Shown here piece by piece: positions 24,441 to 37,835 of a stretch of 64,000 bases of DNA (position 1 is its first letter; every line of letters starts with the position of its first letter). A program made the position numbers and the translations under genes. The DNA is from Octopus vulgaris. Taxonomy: Eukaryota. The notes beneath the pieces were generated by a model. The model saw only the letters and a program-made list of their open reading frames with translations, did no database searches and had not been told where the DNA came from. The stretch covers positions 54,064,001-54,128,000 of the forward strand of contig OX597827.1 of NCBI GenBank assembly GCA_951406725.2, given 5' to 3'.

Positions 24441-25920
24441 ATTGCACTCGAGTAAAATATTCACAACTTTTACTAGTGGTATATCTCACAATTTCTGGTA
24501 ATCATTCTGGGAACCAAATAATACTTAATTATTGAACAGTTACTGGTTTCTCTTAGACTCAAATATGATCCACATTAGAATATTTTCTCATAAAATAACA
24601 TAGATCATACATAAACATTTTTGGTCACATCTCCTTCCTATCAATTAATTGATGAGCTCTCCCATTAACATGTTACAATCACTAGCTTTTTTCTCTCCTG
24701 CCATTTCTGCCATTAACACAACAAGCTAAGTGGCATTCCACCAAAGCCTACCTGGTACATACAACTCTCCTCTTGCCAGCATCTATACTATATATCACTC
24801 CCTAGACCTTGTTCTAAACCCAGAATTGCAATCTCCTAAGACTCTTTCCCAGCTTACATTTTTCTTACTATATTGAGAATTTCATCAGTCTGGTAATGCG
24901 TGCAAAACTTTTGTGCACTGTAAATTTTACTATATAATTAATGCACAAAAATTCTGCTAAATTGTTCCAGATGTTTTGATGCTGTAATCTTTATAAGGAT
25001 CCTTTTCCTCTTCATCATCACATTGTTATTGTTAATGCTGCTTTCAATGCTGGCATCTCTTCACAGCTATTCCTCAAAATCCTTTTCCAATACAACTTTA
25101 ATTTGCTTATCTAACTTTTCTAACAGCTGACGTACAATTATGGGTGTGGTAATATTCTTTGTCAAACTCATATTACTGACGTTTGTTGTTGTTTGGTCTG
25201 TATCAGCTTTGATTGAGCCAACCTATTGTTAAAGGCTTTCCAGCTGTAACCATCCCATCTTTTTCCATATCTAAGTTTACATTGTCCAATGTGTCCTTCC
25301 TTATTTAAGATGGCAGGAAGAGGCATGTCAAGCCAATACACAGAGACTCTCTTGTTTGCTTGTCATAATTAACATATGTTTATTAGCTAGAATAATTTCA
25401 TTTCTGATTAGAATATTCTTGAAAACTTCACAATTTTTCTTTAGTTGTTATTCTAAATCTATGTGGAAACAATTATTTCTATAGTTGACTCTTGAATCTG
25501 TGAATAGATTATTAGTGAACTCTTATTATCTGAATCTCCTTACTGAATATATTAGTTTTTTCTTTCATGTTGCTACAAGGCTCAGATTTGTGGAGGGGGC
25601 ATGAAAGTGTAAGGTTGATCAAATTGAATTTCAGTATATTGCAGGTGCTTATATCTCTCACAGAAAGATGGGAGGGTCTGAACATGAAATGCAGAGAGAG
25701 AAAACTAAATACTGCAAGGCATTTCATTTGCTGCTTGGTCCTTTTTACTTCTCCACCACTTTCTACAATGTTTCTTGCTGGAAATAATAGCCAACTCTTT
25801 ATCACATCCCATACTATGATTTTGAAAATGGAAGGACACATTGGGTTATTTAACCCAAGGTTATTCTATCTGAAAAAATAGGCTGGTCAAGCAGTTTTCT
25901 TTTGTCACTTATAAATTGTT

Positions 25921-25985
<65 letters not shown>

Positions 25986-27094
25986 ACAAAATTGTTTTCA
26001 AGAAATACTGAATCGAGTCACACTTGCTATATTTTGGAATATTGATCTATAATGTTTATCTTGAACATTTTGTTATCATGTAATATGCCCTTATATCTAT
26101 ATTAATAACCAGCATGTTATTTCTCGGCTGTATTGCAAATTGATTTATCTGTTTGACTTGACATTGTATTGTGAGACTTACCAGCTCTGATGCAAACATT
26201 TACTTAAGAAAGCATGCATGCATGCACACAAGCTTATGCTAGCACACACACATGCATAAACAATTTTTGAAAGTTCTAACTACTTTGTGCACTTAACAAC
26301 TTCTAATCAGACAACAATGGTATTTCAGTCTGCCCTGAGCAATAACAGTTTGTTAAATTCTATTGGTATCTTGTATTAGTTGGTATTTTCAGTTTAATGA
26401 AATATAAGAAGCCCTTGTAAACTTCTATAGTTCCAACAGAGAGCTTTGCTCACATAAAGTCTTATGATATTGTTTCTAAATACCAAAAAGTTTATAGAAC
26501 TATGTAACTTGTATAGATAAAAATATGAATAAAGATATAGAAACTTTGTCTTTGATTCACTTGTAAAGTTGTGTACATAACTCATCCAATATAAATAAAA
26601 CTATAAAATTTTGGAATATTTAGCAAAATGTGATTTTCTGAAAATAGAAAAAAGCATTAAAATGTATTAGATATTGAATTCTTTTCAAACTCATTTTAGA
26701 ATGCTAGTGAAAGAATTTATAATATAGCCAGGCAATTTTGTCAGTATAGTTCTATCATGGCACATTCTCTCTGCTAAAGCTGAGTGTAAGAAAATAAAGC
26801 ACTCATGAATTTTATAATACTATCACTGCATAAAGCTGCACAGTATCCCACCCTGTGGTGTTTAATTGCAGCCAGGTTTTTATTGTAAATGTTTTGTCCT
26901 TACACAGTGGTGGTACTTGCTAACAGCCCGATGGGTTGGGTCGTTGAAAGTTAAGTGATTTTTCCATAAACACAGTACTATACTGGTGATAGGATAATGA
27001 AGTTACAACCCCTTGGTTGGGTGACCAATGTTATATTTGTATGATAATCAAAGATATTAAATGATTAATAGGTTTGTAGTCTTGCAAACTGCAA

Positions 27095-27292
27095 GATGGC
27101 CTCATTGGTGCTGGTGGGATGTTAAAAGTACCCTGTACATGTTGTAAAGTGGATGGCATTAGGAAGGGTATCTAACCATAGAAACTATGCCAAAGCAGAC
27201 ATTAGAGCATTACACAGTCCTTGGGCCCACTGGATCCTGTCGAATTACCCAATCCATGTAGCATGGAATATGGAGTTAAATGAAGATGATGG
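27095..27292 (+). mobile_element. Solo RTE 3' tail
   Basis: GGCATTAGGAAGGGTATCTAACCATAGAAACTATGCCAAAGCAGAC...GCATGGAATATGGAGTTAAATGAAGATGAT. Confidence 0.75.
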
Positions 27293-28769
27293 TGTATATT
27301 TTCTTTTTTAATTTTGAAATTAGTATCTTTCTCATGTATTTAGAATCTACCACCAATTCATCCTAAACTTGGTGATTAATTAGAAATTCATGAGAATGAA
27401 GAAACTAGAATAAACGATTCCTTAAATAGTTGTGTTCACAACACATTAAAGAAGTAACTTTGATATCTTTGGACATGTCTAATTATGTATTTAGTTAAGA
27501 CCATGAAATATACTTTTGGAGAGAGATTTGAATAAATAGTTTTTGACCCAAATAAACTTGGTTATAAATTTAATTATTATTAAAAGCATACTTATTGCTA
27601 TAAGATATCTTTCTGCTCTGAAAATGTTGATACTGTACGAAATTTCACGGCTTAGGCTGGCTATGGATTATATTATGACTGCTTTCCTATCATAAATTAA
27701 CTTGAAAATCTCTTGGTGAATCCATGACTCAGAATTATTTCAGGTCAGTTGTGTTACTAATGCCATTTGGGAAGACATGACCTTCAAAAATTTTTATTCC
27801 ACTTCCCATTAATAATCTAGCTTTAAAAATGTTGCTTGTTGTGGTAGCTGGGGATTGAAATGAGCTTACACAAAATCAACTGCTTGTGAAATCAACTGAA
27901 AGCATCTATTTATACATTACATACTTGTTTCTGAAACTAATATTCTTCAGAATCTTTTTTATAATTATCTCTCTACCACATCTTTGCTTTACTTTACGTG
28001 AAATATTATTGACAGAAATGAGGAACTTAGTATTTTACCTTTTGTAGAAACAGAAAAATAATACTGTGGACTTAGTTGAGTATTAGCAATTTAGATTTAT
28101 TTAAAATGTTATTTGCAATGAACCTGTCATGAAATGATGATATATTTTCATTTAAATTATAAGTATTTTTAATGGATTTCATATTACTAACATATAAATA
28201 ACCTCATATAGGCTTCATCTGGCAGCAACTCAAACTAATGTAGTAGCATATAAATTTTCCTAAATTAACATGCGTAGGACTGCTCTCACATCTGCATAAT
28301 TTGCTGAAGCAGTTAATTACTTATTTTTATGTTTACTATGTGAGTTAGAACTGCAGCAGAATGTGTTTTGTCTAGAGCATAACTTAATAACTGTATACTG
28401 TTAAAAGTCAGTAGTTGTTTGCTCGAAGTCATCCAAGTTAAATTAGCCCATCATTGCCTGATGGCATAGTCTAATGGACCATTATCATGATCACTTTATA
28501 GAGTCATCTAACATGCCATAGGTTTTCTTAACTGGAGCTAACTAGCACTAACAAATTATAACAAATTTATCTTAGTAATTGTTAAATTTAGAAGCAAAGT
28601 GGTAGTTTAATACTATATGACAAGAGGGTAGAACAGAATAGGAATAGTATTTAATTTGCTCCTGTATTTGTGAGTTCAAGGATTGCACTTTTTGTAGTTG
28701 CCTTTTATCTTGTCCCTTGGTGTTAATCAGTTATCAATTTGATTGCATTGCTCAACTAATTAGGAAGAG

Positions 28770-29242
28770 AGTTAGACTAGGTGAGATGCAATTTGGTTGT
28801 GTGCCAAGGAGAAATACACATAATGCTCTCTTCCTAGTTAGGCAACTATAGAAGTATTTAGCCTTTGCTCCCTGATCTGGTGGTTTTCATGGAAGCTAAG
28901 AGTAGATGAACGGCTGGAGAGAGCCATCCAAACTAAGTACAGATATCAGTAAGTTGAAAATTAACAATGAGTATAGTGATAAAGCGTGCAGGTAGGAGTT
29001 CTCACAGTCCTCTTGGCCTAACAGAGGAGTTTAGGATCAGTTGCTTATGGATACCCCTCTAAACTGATGACATTGTTTTTATAGCTGAATCAGAAAATTG
29101 GCCCTGTTTTTCTATGACATCCAGTCATAGAAACCTTGCCAAAGCAGACATTGGAGTCCAATGCAATCCCTTGGCTTGTCAGATTCTGTTGAACCAGCCT
29201 ACCTGTGCCAACATGGAATATGGACTTTAAATGATGATGATG
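28770..29242 (+). mobile_element. Multiply deleted RTE LINE (RT core fragments joined to the 3' tail)
   Basis: Translation fragments EMQFGCVPRRNTHNALFLVRQL, LIWW..WKLRVDE and LTEEFRISCLWIPL*TDDIVFIAESE (YADD box), then directly the tail AGAAACCTTGCCAAAGCAGAC...AAATGATGATGATG. Confidence 0.75.
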
Positions 29243-29250
29243 TGAGGCCA

Positions 29251-29470
29251 AGGTAGCTTGCTGGCAGAATCATAAACATGCCAGACTATATGCTTAGTGG
29301 TATTTCGTCTGACTTCCTTTTCTGAGTTCAAATGTCACTGAGATTGATTTTTTTCCTTTCATCCTTTTGGGGGCTCGATAAAATAAGTACCAGCTGAACA
29401 CTGGGGTTGATGTAATCAAATTAACTCCTCACTCTAAGTTGCTGGCCTTGTGCCAAAATTTGAAATTAAT
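29251..29470 (+). mobile_element. SINE family B
   Basis: GCTGGCAGAATC...TTCTGAGTTCAAAT...CCTTTCATCCTTTTGGGG...GATAAAATAAGTACCAG...GGCCTTGTGCCAAAATTTGAAA. Confidence 0.8.
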
Positions 29471-32400
29471 ATAGTGCAATTCCTTTTTTTCTAATAAAAT
29501 AAGATCTTATGGTTTCTACATATCTCATGAGTACAAGCTTAAATATGTCAAATTTTTCCATCTTACTGAAATTGTCGAAGGGAAAGGCAAGGACTGATAC
29601 AGCTTCCCTTTCCAAGTGTTGTTGCTCTCAGTATTCTTGCTATCAGAAAAGATGCCACAAGTATCCTATTTGGTGCTCTAACAATTTTGCCAATCCACTG
29701 TCCTTTGATTTACCCTAAAATATTCAGTTTGGCTCAAACCATCATCATCAACTTCACCAATGTTTATTTGAAAAAATATAATGCAATAGTTTCTTTTTTT
29801 TAATTTTAGTATTGTTTAACAATTTTTGCTTGACATTTCAGTTTATAGTTCTGTGACATTTCAAAATTGAACTATCCCTCCCACTTGTTAGTGGGAAGCA
29901 AGAGGTTTATGTAAAGAATCACTAATTTATTTGTTTGCATCTGCGTTTGCATTTTAGAAAAAACTTGAATGTTGTCTTGATTTTTGTTTTTGAAATATAT
30001 GTCCATTCTAAAGTCAGCTGTGAAAGCACAGCCCACTATTTTCATTGAGCTGCATTTCAGATTAAGGATCAATATTTAAGAGTAAACACTATACTGTAGC
30101 ATTAACAAAGTTTGAATTCATGATCATCTTCTCAGTAATTCAACAATTTAACCCCTCACCCACTCTATCTCAGACTTAACAGCACAAAATGTTAGGATTT
30201 TAGTTATTCCAGTCAACAATTAAAGTATATTTTTACCTTTTATTGTGAAAGCAGGGGAATAAATGTCATTAAAATTTCATGTCTAAAGAAATTATCAAGA
30301 AATTAAATTACAGACTCATGGACATGAGTTCTTGTACATTTCAGATGTTTGCAAACATAATACTCCTACATCATTGAAATCATCTCAATGACAGGTGTTA
30401 GATCATCCACAAATTTTACATGTTGTTGTTGTCAACACTGGTCAATCATTTCTGTTTCCATGGAGCACCCAGGGCTATATTATTTAATGTGTCCTTTCTG
30501 TTTTTAAAATTTTATTTGAGGCTAATATTTCTAGCAAGTTGAATGACCATCTAGTGGCTCCTTTGTTGGCATGATGTTTTAAGTGTAATAGAGACTGGTA
30601 TCCTTTCAGAAAAAGCAATTAAAATCTTCATAGTTTAATACAACAGAATCTTTTGTCACTTGTTGGTGTTATATTATCTACTCCAATATTGCAGGGTGCT
30701 ATCATTGGAAAAGGCAAGTCTCCCTATAAACTGACAGTAATCTAACTGTCCTCATTCATTTCCCAAAGTAATGGCGTCATAGAGAGCAAAGTGACTTGAG
30801 CTCTGTAATGACATAAAAAGAAAGATAACATACATTTTAGAGCATTTATGTCATTTTTAGTGTGGAAAGAGATTCTCCTTCTTCATAAAAAGGAAAGGAA
30901 ATATAGGAATTTTAGTATATACTTCACAGTGTTTCAAGAATGTTACATGATGTGGTAATAAAACATGGTCAACAATTTTAGCAACCTATAAAAGTAGAAG
31001 AGAATACAAGGATGTAACCTCATAGATGTATAATTCTTGATTTCTAAAGAAAATAGATGGAAATTCAGGATGTTAGCTACCATTATAAGAAAGATTATTC
31101 AGATGGTATATACATGCAATAAGAATGTTTTGTGAGAATGAGAGTAAATAAAGTAGTGCACTAGTTTTAGACATTAGTTAGAGTAAAGACAAGTTAGGAG
31201 AAGTCTTGGAATAATGCAATTGGTTACAGCTCTGGATTATATAGTAGAAGGATAGTTCTATATGATAGTTAAAAAACATGCTTACACACAAATATCATGC
31301 TAGTTAATTTCAAAAGAATGATATGAAATAAGTTCAATTTCAAAATTTTATATTATGAAATTTTCTATAAGTCTCAAAAACAGTAAAATACAAAGAGCAT
31401 GACAAACTATAAAGGGAACTGATGTGGTCATCAGATATGCTAGAAAAAGCATATCCTAACATCAAACATATCCTCCAGGGCTCACTTGGGGCTAAACGAC
31501 AACAATTAAAAGAGTATGATTTTTCTGGATATACAACTTTGATTTTTTTTTAGTGGTAATTTGTTTGCAGGTTATCTAAGATTGTGGCTATAATTTTCTC
31601 GGTAGAAGGGAGAAGTGAGCTTATAATGGAATGAAAATGAATGTTCTGAGCTTGATGAGTATATCTTTGATTTGTAAATAACTATCAGAGAAGGCGGGGG
31701 GAAACCTGTGATGTAGTTAATTCTGATTTAATAAGTAAGTGTTAGTAGAAGTAAGAATGAGTTCAATTAAGGAGAAAGAATTTTATATATTGTTCCAACA
31801 TAAAGTATGATTAGATGTGAACATGACTTTATCCATATCAATATTTTAACATCCACTTTCCAATGCTTGCATGTTGGACAAGATTATGTTGAAGTAGAGA
31901 TGCCATGGCTGAATGCCCTTTCTAACCCAATCCTCACCTTTTTCCAGGCAAAGGAATACTCTCCTAGTCTCTCAAACAATAAACAGCCTGCACATGGTTA
32001 TGATTAGAAATGGAAACATGACATCATATGAATGAGCCTTTTGTTTACTAAGAACTTGCAACATGTCAAGACATGACAAGAGGCCTGGTCATGTTTTCAC
32101 TGTGGACTGCAATCAAGTGATTGCTGTCGGCAAGGTCTTTGTTTACAACTGTGAAACTGAAAAAATACAAACACACAGACATGTAGTCACTCTCTCTCTC
32201 TCTCTTACACATACACACACACACAATACAATAGTATGAGACACACACCCAAGGTGCCCTGTAGGAGAACTGAACTTGAGACCATGTGGATAGGAAGAAA
32301 ACTTCTCAACCATACAGCCATGTCTGTGTGTATGATTACTTTATAGATTTCAAATAATGATAATTCAGTATTTCAAATGTAATTATTTTAATGTTATATA

Positions 32401-33369
32401 AATAATTTTACTTAACTTCAAAAATGTAATAGATTTATTAAAGAACAAAAGTTTGAATTATTTGGATGCTACTATCCATCATCAAACTATCACCGTCATG
32501 TAGGTAAGTCTGGAGTAGGAAATGTAGGTTGAACTAGAGAGAAATTTTATATATCTATATTCATATATTTCTGAATAAAATCATCTTCATAGTTATTTCG
32601 ACAGCAGAATGCTAATGACGATGCAGGAGAGAGTGATAGAGATTCACTAGTATCTTACTTTATTGGCTCATTTTTTTTTTTTTTGCATTTAACTTTCTTC
32701 CAGGATCAACTTTACTTTGATTAGTATCAGTAATATACTGAAGTCAAAATTCTTGAATATTTTCTTCACACTCTTATGGAAAGGCCTTGACCCTTTGGAA
32801 TCATTATTTAGTTGGCAGATTAAACTTACAAGACTTTGAATTGTATGATGTGTCTTCATGACTGGTTACATATCAACTTGAAAAACAAAAATGAGGTTAA
32901 GTGTCACCCAACTAAATCACATTTGATACCTTTTATTGCAGAAATCAAATTGCTGTCTGATTGTATCATATTGCCCTCATGTTAGATGTTGAATTGATCT
33001 TGTCAAATACTAATGTTTCAAAATTTCATGCAACATTAAACTAAAAAAAAAAAAAAAAAGAAATTAATAAAAGACTAAAATGTTTTGATAAAGTCTGTTG
33101 CACATTACACACTCTGCAAGAGAGATGATAACAAAAGTTTTTGTCTGCCATTAAATCTGAAGTTTTAGAAACTCCCCAGTAAGTTGAGAGGTATCAAAAT
33201 ATTGTGCACTTGTGTATGTGTATGTGAGAAAGATGAGGTGAGTGCTTGGCAATGCAGTTTCAATTCTTGACTGAAACCATTTCACTTCATATACAAGGCT
33301 AATAATCTCCCATATCTCACTGTGTGCATCTATGTATTCAGTATAAATTTATAACCATATATATGGGTG

Positions 33370-33404
<35 letters not shown>

Positions 33405-33407
<3 letters not shown>

Positions 33408-33606
33408 TGACTGCGTGTGTACCGTTGGCGATTTTTTTCCTCCGTCTTCCCTTCTCTGGATTTTTCCTTTTCCTGTGTTTCTGATGAAGAGCTCCGCTTA
33501 AAACGTTAAACCTTCCTTCTTTCCTGAGTGTCCAATAATACTATACTTGTTCCATGTCCTCGCGTTGTTGTGTTTTCTCTTTGTGTTTTCATGTTTGGAT
33601 TAACTT
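33405..33606 (+). mobile_element. Penelope-like terminal fragment inserted in (TA)n, with a degenerate hammerhead-like motif
   Basis: ~200-bp CpG-richer island flanked on both sides by (TA)n; contains GTTT-CTGATGA-A-GAGC-tcc-GCTT-AAAA-CG-TT-AAAC. Confidence 0.55.
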
Positions 33607-35949
33607 TATATATATATATACATTTAAAATGGCACAAAATACTATTAACAAATATTGAAGAAACTATGTTTTTTTCAATCATTTCTTAGCACAAAATAGT
33701 GAGTTATGCTTGTTTATAATATCAAGATCTGCATGTTTCTATTATCAACAGAAATTCATCAACTACTCATGTCTGACATTTACATTTTGATTTTAGTTAT
33801 AGTATTCTTTGTTGAAGCTCAGAGTAAAGATGGTGAAAGATCTTAGTTTTAATTACTTGGATTCTTATCAAATCTACTAAAGCAACAAGTTTCATGAGTC
33901 ATTAGAGAGCCTTGTGTTTTTAGAATGCAACCCATTGCTGTCTGTGCTGTAGGGAGGCCTCCCAGGAGCAAAGAAAAGAAAAATGAAAATTCCCAACTTC
34001 TCTCATTTGAATGTGCTTGGATATATAAATCATATATTCAGCATTATAGTTAAATCTCATAATCTACCATCTTTATTAGCTATCAATAGTTTCATCATCA
34101 TCATTTAATATCTATGTTCCATGCTGGTAATCAAAAGTTTTTGATAAACAGACTCTCTCAAATAATCCCTTTTATTAAACATACTTTTCTTTCTGATTTA
34201 TTCCCAATTTGAACCCCTGCCTTCATTTGTTAACAAAATAGTGCAAAAATAGACTGCAATTAGATTATTGAAGTAAACGTGAAGTCTAACTGGAATCCAT
34301 TGAGCTGGATAAAATTTTCTTTCAACTGAAATAAGACGAGAAAAATATATCTAATAGATTAAATAAGTCACTATTGTCATACTTGTTAACTGTGAGCATT
34401 ATCACTATAATAGCTAACTATTAACAACTAGCTATTGCAGCTCATTATCACTGTTAAATAAACGAGGAAATCTTATATTAAAGCAGAATTCTAATTGGTT
34501 AATTCTAAAGACAAACACAATTTTTCCTTCTTGTATTTTCATCTCCTAAGTGGGGTTTGTTTTTTGTCTGGGAAACTTTTACAGTAGATAAAACAGGATA
34601 TCATTTTTATCTTTATTGTATAGATAATATCTTTTAAGCACCAGTATCCTGCTGTCTTTGTGAAATAGCAATATGTGAATGGACACAATTAAGAATTGCT
34701 GTGACCTCTTCAGTAAAACTACAGATCATCTTAGTTTTGTTTCTGCTTTCTATCTATCTCTCATCATCATATGAACTATTTTCATGTTACATCTCAAATT
34801 TGGTGGCTCTCTGTAAGTGAATGGCAAATGTTACTTATCCATATTAGGAAATGTTTTTTGTAACAATTTTTGTACATTTTTGAAGTTCTATGGCAAAACA
34901 GTATTTTGAAGAGATTTTTAAGAGCTCTTGAAAATACTGTTTTACACATGATACACCACTACTCAAGCAGACAACCGTTCTTGTTTAGAAATCAATTTTC
35001 TTGCATAGAAATCACTACATTAAGCTCATAAGCAAGATTCGTTACATCACATACTTGTATTAGTCTAGCAGGAAATACATAAATTTTCTTAATGAAAGTA
35101 TTGATCAACTGACTTTAAGAAGAGTAGTTAGCTATAAAAATACCTGAGTTTGTAAATTCAATACATGTTACTAGCTTAAATGAAATGAGGCAAAATGAGG
35201 AAGGGAGAGGGGGCAAAGAAAATAAAAAGTTCAGCAGACCAATCTATTTCTATCAACTTCTACACTTGATTGGCACCTTAAAAAGTAATGTAAAATCTTC
35301 ATATTTATTTTGTGGTTTTACATAAAAAAGCTATGGTCTGTACTCTGCTGACTTATAGATGAAATACGTTTCTCACGAATGTGCATTTGTTATAGAAGTA
35401 ATTATAGGAAAAAAATACTTGTTATTAGCAGAATTAATTTATTGTAATAGGAAAAGGGGGAAAAAGTAGCTACATTTGTCATAATTAATTAACAACATCA
35501 TGTCTTAACACAACAACCGAATAGTAAAAGAAAAAGCAGTATGGAAGTCATGAAAAGATATAAAATAATGAATAATGAAAACTTGACTTTAAGTCTTCAG
35601 GCAATAAGTGATGTTAAAATAGCAACACATTATTATAACGGCTTCATCAGCTCATAGAAGAACCCATCAACCAATTCCGTGATGAATATTAGTTTTTCAG
35701 TACATTTTATTTTCAATGTCTTACAGTTATACTATAAATTTAATGTAGATAAATTAACTTTCTACTTCACTTTTTATATTTGTGCCATCATTTGTTTTTA
35801 GTTTTCTTAACAAATTTTTTTTGGATGATATTAGATTACTTTGATGTACATTAATAATTTAAGTCTATGGCAGTGGAGTTGGAAGAGATGCTTCATTTTT
35901 GTTTTAAAGTGAAAGAGTAAGAACACCTAGAGCCTTTCACAAGCACTTT

Positions 35950-36160
35950 TTCTACCGAGTGAAGTCAGTGAGGCTGATATTCAGCTTGAATTTCTGTGGG
36001 TAAATGCTTATTGCAAAAATATGGACAAGGAATGAATTTCAGAGGGATACAATTCTGGTGAAAAAAAAGTGGGGTGGAGTGAAAGGCAAAGCATCTAAAG
36101 AAGGCTTGGGGGAGGGATTAATAACGTGTGAAAAGATGAGAAGTAGGCACCACAGGTGAA
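35950..36160 (-). mobile_element. CR1/Jockey-like LINE ORF2 C-terminal remnant
   Basis: Minus-strand translation HFFFTRIVSL*NSFLVHIFAISIYPQKFKLNI matches the conserved SFFxRxxxLWNSLP...FK end of these ORF2 proteins. Confidence 0.65.
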
Positions 36161-37448
36161 CTTACTCAGAAGCAAACTATAACCTTTGGCATTCGTTTCC
36201 TCTGAAACTGATAGTATTTTCCATTTCCTTTATTCTTTAATGTTTATATTTTTATATAAATATATATATGAATAATGGCTCAGTTTTTGTGAACTGGAAG
36301 TGGATTATCACATGACATAACTGTGTAGGAAACAAATAAACTGAACTATGAAGAATCTGCTGTTTAATTTCAACATTATACTGCGTTTGGAATAAATAGG
36401 ATGACAATAAGAATTTTCAAGGTTATAAATGAGATTGACATTAATGAATGAACTGTGATATACTTTGAGCATTAACTATAGAATGTTCACTTCAGTCTTC
36501 ATTGATTCATAAACTAATTCACCTTCTATTTGGCATTTGGGTTTCTAGTTTACATATGTTCATGTAAGTATGTGTGTGTGCCTACTTATATACAAAGCCC
36601 AACAGAGAGAATATTATTCATTCTAATACCATTTTATGTGTCAGTTGTTTTCTTCATTTGAACAGAGTACTTAAATCACATGACCCCATTATCTAAGCAT
36701 CTAGGCAAACACTCCTCTGAATAAATAAGTAAACAAATGATTGAGTTAAGTTTTTGTTATGTCTAACGTACTTTGTTTGGCAAATCTGGTCCTATCCCAG
36801 ACATTCTTGTCATTTGTTTCTAACAATTTAACTTTTGTTAAATAATTGAATTTTATGAGATTGAAGAAAACAGGAAATTTTTTTAAAAAATATAGGAAGT
36901 GAGCATTGCTATAAACAATAGATCTAAGGAACTGAGAAATTGGAAAGCAGTGTTTAGTCCCAGATATATTGTGCTGTTGCAGAGAATGATACCATATTGT
37001 GGTTTCCTGTTAGTTCTAAATGAAAACAAAAACTTGATTATGAACCTGGCCTACCAAGAATTTATAATGGTAATAAGAAATGACTAATGGAAGAGAAAAG
37101 CACTATTACAGAATGGGAAAAGTTGGTGCCAATATTGCACTTCACCCTCTCTAATTCAAACTTCTATATTACTAAGTTCAAACTTTGCTCTAGTTGATGT
37201 AACCTTGCTCATTCAGTGTACTCCAGCTATCAAGAGCTGCTGCCATCTTGAAATTGCAAGATTTGGATCTAATAGTCTGTGAGGCTCCACTCGGCAGTAG
37301 ATGAAATTTAGTTTCAACTGATTAAACTGCAGTCATTTGAGATGAAGTGCCTTGCCCAAGGACATAATGCATGCACAATCTGGGATTCAAACACATAATT
37401 TCACAATCATGAATCCAACAGCCTAATCAGTAAGTCTTCACTTCAGTG

Positions 37449-37491
<43 letters not shown>

Positions 37492-37494
37492 TAT

Positions 37495-37835
37495 ATCTTT
37501 TATCTCCTATTTTTTAGTTGATTTAGTCATTGGACTGCAGCTATGCTAGGACACCACCTAGAAGGCTTTCAGTTAAATCAGTCAACCCCAGTACATATTT
37601 TTTAAACCTGGTACTTATTCTGTGAGTCTCTAATGCTGAACTGGATGGTTACAGGGATGTAAACAAACCAATACTGGTTGTCATTCAGTGATGGGGTACA
37701 AACAGAAAGTTACATACAAATATATATATATAAATAGACACACACACACAATGTGCTTCTTGTCTACCAAATCCATTCACGAGGGTTTAGTCAGCCCTTG
37801 GCTACAGTAGAAGACACTTGCCCATGGTGCCACAA
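37495..37835 (-). mobile_element. SINE family A, 5'-truncated, adjacent to (TA)n
   Basis: AGTCATTGGACTGCAGCTATGCT...GGTACTTATTC...GTCTACCAAATCCA...AGTAGAAGACACTTGCCCATGGTGCCAC. Confidence 0.8.
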
